Positions 49,971 to 58,524 of a stretch of DNA of 64,000 bases are shown here, piece by piece (position 1 is the first letter of the stretch; the number at the start of each line of letters is the position of its first letter). A model generated the notes under the pieces. It was given only the letters and a program-made list of their open reading frames with translations, made no database searches and was not told the DNA's origin. The stretch lies in NCBI GenBank assembly GCA_965222225.1, contig CBDCTK010000002.1:3712001-3776000 (forward strand). Direction: 5' to 3'. The position numbers and the translations under genes are program-made. This stretch comes from Candidatus Poribacteria bacterium. Lineage in GTDB: Bacteria > Poribacteria > WGA-4E > JAJDTR01.

Positions 49971-50507
49971 ATGATAAGCGAAAGGGAAAGCACTTTGGCA
50001 CGAGAGACATATCTGCTAGAAGGATACAAAGATTTAAGCAGATGGAACATCCAAGAGGATGGAGCTTTGATCAATCTTGATAGATTCCTGATAACGGCAT
50101 CGGTAGGGGCATGCCTATTGACATTAGTGAAAGCGCGTGAAGCCTATCCAGCCGTATATTTGGGCAGCGGGTTGGTGCTCTATTTCTGGCTGTTACTATC
50201 TATCCGATATAAAGCCAGAATTAAGCACAGGTTTCTCTTAATGCATGAAATAGAAAAACAGTTACGCTTCAGTGCACATATGGACTATGATTCCGCGAAG
50301 TTGACATACGAACTCGTCTTTCCCCGTAAGAGCTCGAATTGTAAGCGAGAAGAATGTAAGTCGAAAGTACTGCCAACCGATATAGAGATAAGACGACGTT
50401 TCTTCTTCGGTTATTTGATAGTTATGTTCCCAGCTGTAATAAAAGGAATAGAGGCACTACCAAATCTCATGGGCAATCTGCCCATTCTCCAGATAATATC
50501 GGGGTGA
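49971..50507 (+). CDS. Small 3-TM membrane protein
   Basis: AAGGAG SD; layout LEGYK..DR.. TM-TM-W ..IEKQL.. TM. Confidence 0.72.
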   Translation: MISERESTLARETYLLEGYKDLSRWNIQEDGALINLDRFLITASVGACLLTLVKAREAYPAVYLGSGLVLYFWLLLSIRYKARIKHRFLLMHEIEKQLRFSAHMDYDSAKLTYELVFPRKSSNCKREECKSKVLPTDIEIRRRFFFGYLIVMFPAVIKGIEALPNLMGNLPILQIISG

Positions 50508-50580
50508 GGGCACTACGGGGTGTTTGACGCCTGCTCCAAATCGAGTTCCTAGGAATCCCTAGATACTCTTTATTTCAATG

Positions 50581-50727
50581 AGGAAATGATGACACGATTT
50601 AAGGAAATGATGACACGATTTAAGGAAATGATGACACGATTTAAGGAAATGGTGACACGATTTAAGGAAATGGTGACACGATTTAAGGAAATGGTGACAC
50701 GATTTAAGGAAATGGTGACACGATTTA
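50581..50727 (+). repeat. 21-bp tandem repeat x7
   Basis: AGGAAATG(A/G)TGACACGATTTA; three A-type units then four G-type units. Confidence 0.97.
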
Positions 50728-50981
50728 TTGTTTACCGCCCCATACTCACTCTGATTGTAGTTGCTGAAATCTATCTAATTTACTCCGGGTTGGGTGGTGC
50801 AGGTAGTCTGAAATCAGAACCAGAATACAAAGTCATCAGTGACACCGATCACACAGTCGTAGAGAGTAGTTTGGAAAAGTGGGCGAGAGAGGACTATGAG
50901 TTACTTCAGATTTCTACTTGTTGTACGCACGAAAAAGCGATAACGTATACTATTGTGTTGAAAAAGAAAAGCAACTGGTAG
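50586..50981 (+). CDS. TM + DUF4177-like small protein with repeated N-terminus
   Basis: (M/V)TRFKEM repeats, TM helix, EYKVI...LEKWAREDYEL...YTIVLKK. Confidence 0.65.
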   Translation: MMTRFKEMMTRFKEMMTRFKEMVTRFKEMVTRFKEMVTRFKEMVTRFIVYRPILTLIVVAEIYLIYSGLGGAGSLKSEPEYKVISDTDHTVVESSLEKWAREDYELLQISTCCTHEKAITYTIVLKKKSNW

Positions 50982-51096
50982 CTAAATCTCACACACGCAG
51001 TGAATGTCAAAAACGCTGTAAATTGCCTCGGATTGGTAAATCGCCTAGAAGGCAGGGTTTGGAAAACCTCTGCGATTTTTACAATAGGGGAAGGCA

Positions 51097-51855
51097 ATGT
51101 TTATAGAATTTGCTTTAATAGCCAAGGAACATACAAGCTGTGTGCAAGAGGCTCTATTTTCTATAGAAAGTTCTCTAGAAAAGATTACTACGAACTACAA
51201 TAAATATGTAAACATCTTCAGAGCAGAATTGATTAGAAGAGCGTTGATTCATGATAATGATAAGTGCGAGGAAGCCGTTATCATTGATGGGCAACAAGTC
51301 CCTTTTCAGTTTGCTGAATACACTGTGGGCTCTGACTATGTCTTTGGTAAAGGAGTTGCGGATGCCGAGTACGGCTCTGAAGAATATCATAAGATCAACA
51401 CCGAGGGGTACGCTGGACTAAACGCTCGAGATAATCACAAAAAAAAGATCAATGACCATCACCCGGAGTACTACAATGACTACAAAACCGACATGAAACT
51501 TCTTCCACTAATTGAAATGGTATGCGATTGGTGGGGCGCTACTGCCTATCCTCATGGAGATCCGAAGCCTAAGTTTCGAACAAATTCAGCCAAGAATATT
51601 TGTCATTATGGTTTTGACGGCTATCAGAAATTCGTAGTAGAACGAACTCGTGATTTCATAGACACTCATGCCAGTGATTTGATTGAAATCATTTACGAAG
51701 GGTGTACGAATTACCATAACGATTCTATCCCACCGTGTACTTCGGACGCCGAAGGTCAATTCTATAGGGAATTGAATGATTTTCTCAAAGAACGAATAGA
51801 TTCACTAGCGCAAGCGAAAGCTAGGCGATGTAAAGCGTGGAGGACTTATGAGTGA
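51097..51855 (+). CDS. DUF5662-like HD-superfamily metal-dependent hydrolase
   Basis: IHDNDK ... H....NDHHPEYY...MKL..LIEMVCDW motifs. Confidence 0.7.
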   Translation: MFIEFALIAKEHTSCVQEALFSIESSLEKITTNYNKYVNIFRAELIRRALIHDNDKCEEAVIIDGQQVPFQFAEYTVGSDYVFGKGVADAEYGSEEYHKINTEGYAGLNARDNHKKKINDHHPEYYNDYKTDMKLLPLIEMVCDWWGATAYPHGDPKPKFRTNSAKNICHYGFDGYQKFVVERTRDFIDTHASDLIEIIYEGCTNYHNDSIPPCTSDAEGQFYRELNDFLKERIDSLAQAKARRCKAWRTYE

Positions 51856-52315
51856 GAACAATGCGAACGGCTCCAAGGATCCAAAGGAGACCGTGAAACT
51901 TGAGGTATACAAAGGACTAATTCAGTACGGCTGTCAGATGTCTCAAGATCATTTAAATTATGATAGAATATTAATGCCTATATCGCTTGTCCCAGCTTAT
52001 TTGGTATTAACCTCATTGGACGTACGAGAGGCCGGCCTTCCAGCCGAATTAATAATATTGTTCGGCGGCTTTCTATTATTAGTTTTTTGGATAATGCGTA
52101 ACATTCGAAGTCGGGCAAGGCTATATGAAACGTGGGACAAAGTATCCTGCCTTGAGGAAGGCTTTGAGGTCCCCGGCATCGGCAAAGTGCTAGATACGAT
52201 AGCCCCCCACTGGGCCCCGAAAGACTTTACACTAAAGATTGTTTTTTTTGTGTTAGCAGTACTGTTATATTTGGCTGTGTTGATCTACGTCATTGTCCGT
52301 GCATGTAAATGCTAA
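51848..52315 (+). CDS. Small 3-TM membrane protein
   Basis: Overlaps the upstream stop by 8 bp; layout LEVYK..DR.. TM-TM-W ..LEE.. TM. Confidence 0.75.
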   Translation: MSENNANGSKDPKETVKLEVYKGLIQYGCQMSQDHLNYDRILMPISLVPAYLVLTSLDVREAGLPAELIILFGGFLLLVFWIMRNIRSRARLYETWDKVSCLEEGFEVPGIGKVLDTIAPHWAPKDFTLKIVFFVLAVLLYLAVLIYVIVRACKC

Positions 52316-52588
52316 ATACGGCCGATAAGAGAGAATATCGAAAAAAAGGTGCACCGAAAACCATCTTTCCCCGCACGTGTTTTTCAATTGTCAAATCCTA
52401 CGGGAGTTTAAACCTCCCTGTTCCCGCAAATCAGGTGTGCAGCATACTTGTCCTCGCACGACAGAGACTCATGCCAGTGTGGGTTTCCCTCGATTAACTG
52501 AATTCTTCGAATTGCCTTATGATGTGAATGCTCCTTATCAGGCCATGGTGTCGCAAATTGCGGTTTCTGCTAATCTTGGGATAACGAC

Positions 52589-53341
52589 ATGAGAAAGAAA
52601 GTCAACAAGAGCCTACAACTCGAAAAGTGGCTCCGTCAGATGCAAACAATTGAAATTGAAATTTCGCGCCTGCTTGGTGATGTTGAGGCATTCCGCCGAC
52701 TTAGGCAGATAGTCAATTCAAACCCATGTATCCAAAAACCGCACACGTTCTATAGTTATCTTTATGACTCTTACTTATCTCATGTTCTAATGGGCTTGCG
52801 GCGTCAAGTCAAGCCGAATAAGGATAGCATTTCTCTTGTGGGATTGCTCCAGGAAATTGCTAACTACCCCCAGGAACTCTCGCGAAGCTACTACCGATTG
52901 CTTTGTCATCAACCCGACGCCCCGGATTTTCACGAAATAGAACCTGAGGGTCAGAAGCAACTCACTGACATCGGTATCACTACTTCTTCACAGTTTAGAC
53001 AAGCCATTCCGATCGAGGATGACTTCGTAAAATATGCGAATGCGAGCAAGACTCATGTCTGTCCAGAGATGGTACGACGTGATCTGTGCGATCTCCTAAC
53101 AACCGTAGCAGCGTGTGAAGATTATGCCGATAAGCGCATTGCCCATCGCGATAAGCGAGCCCCGCAATACATACAGACGTTTGAGGATTTAGAGAAGAAC
53201 CTTGACTCAGCACTAGAGTTCCTGCAACAGATGTATGAGAAATATTACCACTTGTTCAATGCTGCTTCAATCACTGTAAAACCTCAAGATCAATCGGACT
53301 GGAAGGACATTTTCAGCGTGCCATGGATTAAGCCCAACTAG
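52589..53341 (+). CDS. HEPN (AbiU2-like) domain protein
   Basis: LMGLRR...DSISLVGLL ... YADKRIAHRD motif. Confidence 0.72.
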   Translation: MRKKVNKSLQLEKWLRQMQTIEIEISRLLGDVEAFRRLRQIVNSNPCIQKPHTFYSYLYDSYLSHVLMGLRRQVKPNKDSISLVGLLQEIANYPQELSRSYYRLLCHQPDAPDFHEIEPEGQKQLTDIGITTSSQFRQAIPIEDDFVKYANASKTHVCPEMVRRDLCDLLTTVAACEDYADKRIAHRDKRAPQYIQTFEDLEKNLDSALEFLQQMYEKYYHLFNAASITVKPQDQSDWKDIFSVPWIKPN

Positions 53342-53818
53342 GCGTTGTGACGTAATCAGGCAGCGCCTTGTTAGGTGTGACGGTCGTCCCCTTCTACACC
53401 GTGACAAATTCCTACCTGTTAATGCAACGAAATACCCTCGTTCGTATATAACGGAATACTAACCAATGGTGTTGGTTTGAAATTTGGAGGTTAGTGGATA
53501 TAACAACATAATTTGGCATTGCTTGAGGGCGAAATGTGTCATGTTCATGATCCGATTTCCTTGATTCTACCGTTAATTTGAGCGTCAGTAGCTATTGATC
53601 AACAAAAGGCGATCTAGACTCATGACCATAGAAGATTTTACCAAAAAACTGTTATTTTGATGATAATCTCTCACAGCACGGCAAGAACCGTAAACATAAC
53701 CAAGCCAAACTCTAGGGAATCACCATCTATCAAAGAAACGATTAAGCGACGGATTGTGGAGGGAGATAGTAAATCTCGTGACGTACGGCCCTCGCATCAA
53801 CGCAAATCCTATAACTCG

Positions 53819-55024
53819 CTAACCTACCCTCTTCGCCGCATATTTTCGCCACCAATCTCGCCACTGCCCCTCATTCTCTCGGAGGTTAAACACCCAGAAC
53901 AGCCGATTCAGCAACCCTATGAGAGTATCTGCATACGAGTCGGTTTCGCTCAGATCCCGCGGCAAACACTGGGTAGTAGCAGACACCGCCGGTTCCATTG
54001 ATTTCCTCTCCTCTGCAAAGCTGGGGTGTCGATCCTCTGGAAACACGATTTTCTCTCCGTCAACCCGTCGCAACTTCACGGTAATTTCAATGTTACCGAG
54101 GTACTCGCATCTCCGATAAAAATATTCTGCGTTACCGAGGAATTTGCAAACTTTGCTGCCAATGTCTTCGGAATCGAGATACTCTCCTTCGCCCGTATCG
54201 ACATCGCCAAAACTACGAACGCCCCGAAACCGTTCACGCCTCAAACCCGTCCTGTGATATATGATGCCGTACTCATTCAACTCCCAGAAGTCTAAGGAAT
54301 CTCCTGTTTGCATAAAGCACGCCCCACCTGAAACTTTCCTTGTGGTTAAATTGATGTTGGACTCCGTAGACGGAATGAATGGGTGCAATACCATGAATTC
54401 ATAAATCTCGGATGGTGCAATAATTGGACGGGCTGGAAATGCAGGGCGCGCAAACATTGCGAGATTGGGACATTTTGACTGAGAGCCCTGACTCCATTTT
54501 CGTACGCGCTCGTCAATTCGGTCGAGTATCCGCCGGCTGATTCTCTGCGGTTCTTCACGCCGTTTCAGCAGATACTCGACTCTGCCAATGTCCGCGAGTT
54601 CATATGGCTGTGTGATGCTGCCTTCACGGACGTACACTTTCGTGGAGTTCTGAATCGCATGAGGCGCGTGTTGGCTTTCTTCCACCCGCACGACAACGAC
54701 AACCTTGTCCTTTTCCCCTGGCACTTCACGGATGATGACTTCAGGCGTGACTGCCGGATGAATCCCGGTGAGAGCGCTCTGCACAATCCGTTCCTCAATA
54801 CCTCCGTCGTTCTGTATTCCCTGTATAGGAAATTTGACCTTGTTGTTCTGGTCCGTCTCAACACCGATAATGAAGATTCCGCCCTGAGTATTGGCAAAAG
54901 ATGAAATTATCTTGGGTATATGCGCAATTTCGCTTTTGTATTCAACCCGCACACCTTCACCCCATTTACTGCAGAACGACTCGATGTCGTTGAAGTCAAT
55001 CTCACTTGCTAGCTTTGTAAACAT
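53819..55024 (-). CDS. Schlafen/AlbA_2 domain protein with uncharacterised C-terminal domain
   Basis: EGVRVEYKS...IISSFANTQGGIFIIGV, APH, YVREGS; start moved to MFTKLASE. Confidence 0.85.
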   Translation of the reverse strand: MFTKLASEIDFNDIESFCSKWGEGVRVEYKSEIAHIPKIISSFANTQGGIFIIGVETDQNNKVKFPIQGIQNDGGIEERIVQSALTGIHPAVTPEVIIREVPGEKDKVVVVVRVEESQHAPHAIQNSTKVYVREGSITQPYELADIGRVEYLLKRREEPQRISRRILDRIDERVRKWSQGSQSKCPNLAMFARPAFPARPIIAPSEIYEFMVLHPFIPSTESNINLTTRKVSGGACFMQTGDSLDFWELNEYGIIYHRTGLRRERFRGVRSFGDVDTGEGEYLDSEDIGSKVCKFLGNAEYFYRRCEYLGNIEITVKLRRVDGEKIVFPEDRHPSFAEERKSMEPAVSATTQCLPRDLSETDSYADTLIGLLNRLFWVFNLRENEGQWRDWWRKYAAKRVG

Positions 55025-55176
55025 TTTTTTCCTATCAAATCGATCCGTGAGACATCCTTTGTGTCGAGTTTTCATAGGTGTCGGGGCGAGATTGGTAGTC
55101 ATCAAACCACCGATGTCCCGTCTTACCACCCGCTAATCACTAATTTTTCAAATCCTTCGCCGAGGTCCACGTCGTA

Positions 55177-56130
55177 TCATGCTGGCGCCAGAAGCTTTCT
55201 GAGATCATCGGAAACTGCAACCATGAGCGTGTGATTCTTGGGATCCCCATGATTCACAATTCTATGAAACTGGGCACTGAGGACAAACCGGTACTCGTGC
55301 TGTCCTTCGTACTTTGTCCTTTTTAAGAATGGCAGAATCTCTTCTGAGTCTGTGCCCGCTACTCTATTCATGGCCATCTCAATTCTCTCTTCCGACAAAT
55401 AAACGACCGGTCCATGACCGGCCGTAATAAGATACTCGCCCAAGCACTCCGACTGTCGTCGCAAGTATGCGGTAATCAAGTGACATCCCGGGGGATCGGA
55501 TCTGAGATTGTTCTCGAAGTCAACTTGTTTGCCTAACTCGTAACCGAGTTGTGTGGCGAAGCAAGATGGGCTTGCAATGCGTGTCCCGAAATCATAATCA
55601 GCCGAAAGACTCTCCCGCTGCAGTTTTCTCTTGTAGCTTGTGTCAGGCGTAATTGAAGTACAATACATAAAGACGTTATCACTAGCCCATCTTATTTTCA
55701 GCTGAATATTATCAGCCACACCGTGAAGAGATGACTTCAGGTGTTTCTTCGTGCTCTCCATTATTGGACTCCCAACCCTTCCCCAATCCAGTTTCTCAGT
55801 GTACGCGCTTTCTCTATCGTCAGCCATTAACTCCGAGTTACCCTTGGAATTGGAAGATTCGAAATACGACGGAGTTCCCAATTGTATATCATCTGTCGGT
55901 GTCGCCGAAACAGGAGAATGCATCTTCCTAGAGTATTTGACTACCCCTTTGAGCTCAGAAGAAGGATAGTTAATTCGGAAGGGCAAGGGGACATTATTCC
56001 AATCCATACGGCGGACTAGCACCGTAAATGACGGCTTTTCAAAGTAAGTTGTCAAGGATTCAATTTTAAATCCAGGCGGCTCCTCCTCCTGCAAAGGTCC
56101 AACATCTAGGTTTAGTTTCCCTTCACTCAT
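55177..56130 (-). CDS. Hypothetical protein (DUF2971-like C-terminal motif, tentative)
   Basis: LGTPSYFE, FMYCTS, GPVVY, FLKRTKYEGQHEYRFV. Confidence 0.65.
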   Translation of the reverse strand: MSEGKLNLDVGPLQEEEPPGFKIESLTTYFEKPSFTVLVRRMDWNNVPLPFRINYPSSELKGVVKYSRKMHSPVSATPTDDIQLGTPSYFESSNSKGNSELMADDRESAYTEKLDWGRVGSPIMESTKKHLKSSLHGVADNIQLKIRWASDNVFMYCTSITPDTSYKRKLQRESLSADYDFGTRIASPSCFATQLGYELGKQVDFENNLRSDPPGCHLITAYLRRQSECLGEYLITAGHGPVVYLSEERIEMAMNRVAGTDSEEILPFLKRTKYEGQHEYRFVLSAQFHRIVNHGDPKNHTLMVAVSDDLRKLLAPA

Positions 56131-56210
56131 CCAAATTCCACCTTTGCGTTCCTTCCTTGAAAATCAATAGATAATAGTTGTAGTATGTGCACAGCACTCC
56201 TGTATCTAAA

Positions 56211-56258
56211 AGCCCCAGCGGGGATCAAACGAGTGAACAACGAGGGCGATAGAGTTCA
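56211..56258 (+). repeat. Micro-element after AGCCCCAGCGGG
   Basis: GATCAAACGAGTGAACAACGAGGGCGATAG at 56223; same left flank as 47070. Confidence 0.8.
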
Positions 56259-56449
56259 GTGCGGCTCGACACATGCCGTCAGAAAGACAGAAAGGAAACA
56301 TATTGGGCATTGGAATTACCATGACTGTGAGTTTAGTTTTAAGGTTGGGTGTGGAACGAAGTGTAACAACATTCGAAATTTAGACCATCATCTTAACCAA
56401 AATTGACGTCGCTCGACTCTGCGGAACTGTCTGAGCCGGAAACACTGTG

Positions 56450-57478
56450 CTAATTAAACGGAATGAAAGTGTTTTTTTCTACCAATTCCTGGCAATTTTC
56501 ATATCTTTGAGATGTTGCTCGGAACTCATTAAAATATCGTTCGTAAATGTGTTTATCATCTTCCTTTGTGCAGGTATAGTGAATTTCCTTGACATCAAAT
56601 GTCTGTCCGCCAAATATTTTATTTAAGTTAAACGCCAGAGAATCTGGACCAACACCCAAAAGTATCAATCTCATTTCCACATTTCGCTGACCACTTCCTG
56701 CCAGATTATTAATTCGTTTTTTTATATCAGCAAATGTAAAATGTTCCTGGGTATCATGGCATGAAATAGCATTGTCTACTCCAACTTTAATATAAGATAC
56801 ATCTAAACTTGCTCCACGTGTCCGGGCGTTTCTAAAGGTTTTGGATGTTGGGTGACAGGACGTTTTCCGACCAATCCTCACCTCATCACTCTCGCACAGG
56901 TATAGTATGCCGTGCGGATGAAAAATGTCGTTCGCGCAGTGTTCAAATTGTTTCCCAAAATCAGAATCAGCTCCGTGTTGTAACCTCCACTGTTTAATTT
57001 CTGATTTAGAGGCGTTCACACATTTGTGTTTGAAGAACTGAACAATTTTGGACAATAGCAGAGTGTCATAGTTGAAGTTGATAAAAACTGTGGGATAATT
57101 GGAGACCTCGTTGGTCAAAAGGATTTCCATATTATTTTGATTAACGAATGTTTCTATCCACTCCGCACTTTCAGCCACTGCCCTTGACTTAAATACTTTT
57201 TTCACCACCTCGAAAATCGCTACCGTGGTTTCGGGAAATACGGCCTCATCGTCTTCGAAATTACTAATCATTTCATCAACAGTTTCAAATGTTTTGCCCG
57301 GTCCAATCTGCTCCAATTCGTCTAAGAAGCGGTTTGACGCACCAGGAGAGAATCCACTCAGCCCGTTTTTCTTTATGTCTTCTATTAGAAGCTCCCGCAA
57401 TTCACGTCACACCGGCAATCCGTAATCTACCGATGCCCCTGCTCCTAAGACGAATACGTTGACATACTTGGTACTCAT
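56450..57478 (-). pseudogene. SIR2-like NADase domain gene with in-frame TGA at codon 24
   Basis: MSTKYVNVFVLGAGASVDYGLPV*REL..., FINFNYDTLL, FHPHG; TGA at 57407-57409. Confidence 0.85.
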
Positions 57479-57935
57479 AGGTGTATTTATGCTTGGATAT
57501 CAATAGATGTTGACTTGAATCGCCAACTCGCCAGAGCCCCCTCACTAATCCGAGTCGGTTCCACACTCACATACACAGTCTGCTCACATGCCATCACAAG
57601 GACATGTGGATAATCAGCCCCGCGATCGTTACCGGTATAGTCTCTCACCATCATTTCATGAATCATCATCACTGTCAAGTATAAGTGCTTCGGAGTCGAA
57701 CTGTGTAAATCTAGAAAAACCCCTGTTTTTGCGCCACCTTCGCTCCTATTTAGTGCTATAATCCCCATAAAGCCGCACCAATCCTGCTGAATAGTTACTT
57801 GATGCCATTGGTGCGATTCTTCTGAATCGCCGCATTGAAGGAAAGAAGAAATGTCTGGAAAAACCCAAGAAAAGAACCTATAATTCGTTGGCCCTGCTTG
57901 AAATCTATTGCTGGATCGCTTATGATATTTATGTA

Positions 57936-58500
57936 ATGATAGGGCGCAAGAAACACAATCATCCAGGGCAGGGCAAGGCCAGTCGCAAGAGCTTGTCCAT
58001 CGTCCAGCTAGTCAGAATGTTCCCTGACGACAAAGCATCCGAACACGAGCTATCGCTGCCGCAAGTTCTTCTCGGTGCGCGCCGGCACCGTCATGCAGAA
58101 CCCGAACTTGAGCACTCAGAAGTGGGTAATTGAAGCCTACATGCTGAGAACGAATCTTGGGACAGACTCCAGCATGAAGATGCACAGGGATCTAGATATT
58201 ACACAGAAATCGGCGTGGCACTTGGCGCATCGCATCCGCGAGACTAGGAATCGGGCGAGGGATTGTTTGGCGGCCCCGTCAAGATTGACGAGACCTACAT
58301 CGGTGGCAAGCGGAAGAACAAACCGAACCATGTCTACAAGGAATTGACAGGTTGCGGCCAAGGTCGTAGTGTTAACCACCAAGAAAACCTTACAAGTGTT
58401 CGTGAAGGACTACGCAGAACTGAGAGCGACTGTCTATACGGACGAGGCCGTAACGCACTCCGTCAGTGAGTACATTCGCGGTCATGCGCAACAACCTTAA
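57936..58500 (+). pseudogene. Degraded IS1595-family transposase
   Basis: Fragments in different frames: MFPDDKAS, GTVMQ..KW, SSMKMHRDLDITQKSAWHLAHRIRE, KIDETYIGG, VYTDEA, HSVSEYIRG. Confidence 0.85.
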
Positions 58501-58524
58501 GTCGGGTAGAAGGACTATGACAGC

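Noticed and set aside
50581-50727. 21-bp repeats as a CRISPR array
   Set aside because: Head-to-tail with no spacers, and in frame within an ORF.
53332-53376. attC-like hairpin GCCCAAC...GTTAGGT after the HEPN gene
   Set aside because: Only ~45 bp, lacks clear L boxes and spacer, has no similar sites after neighbouring genes and no integrase; more likely a simple hairpin.
57407-57409. TGA as selenocysteine or an alternative genetic code
   Set aside because: The position aligns with Trp, not Cys; other Trp codons in the gene are TGG and TGA ends many host genes.
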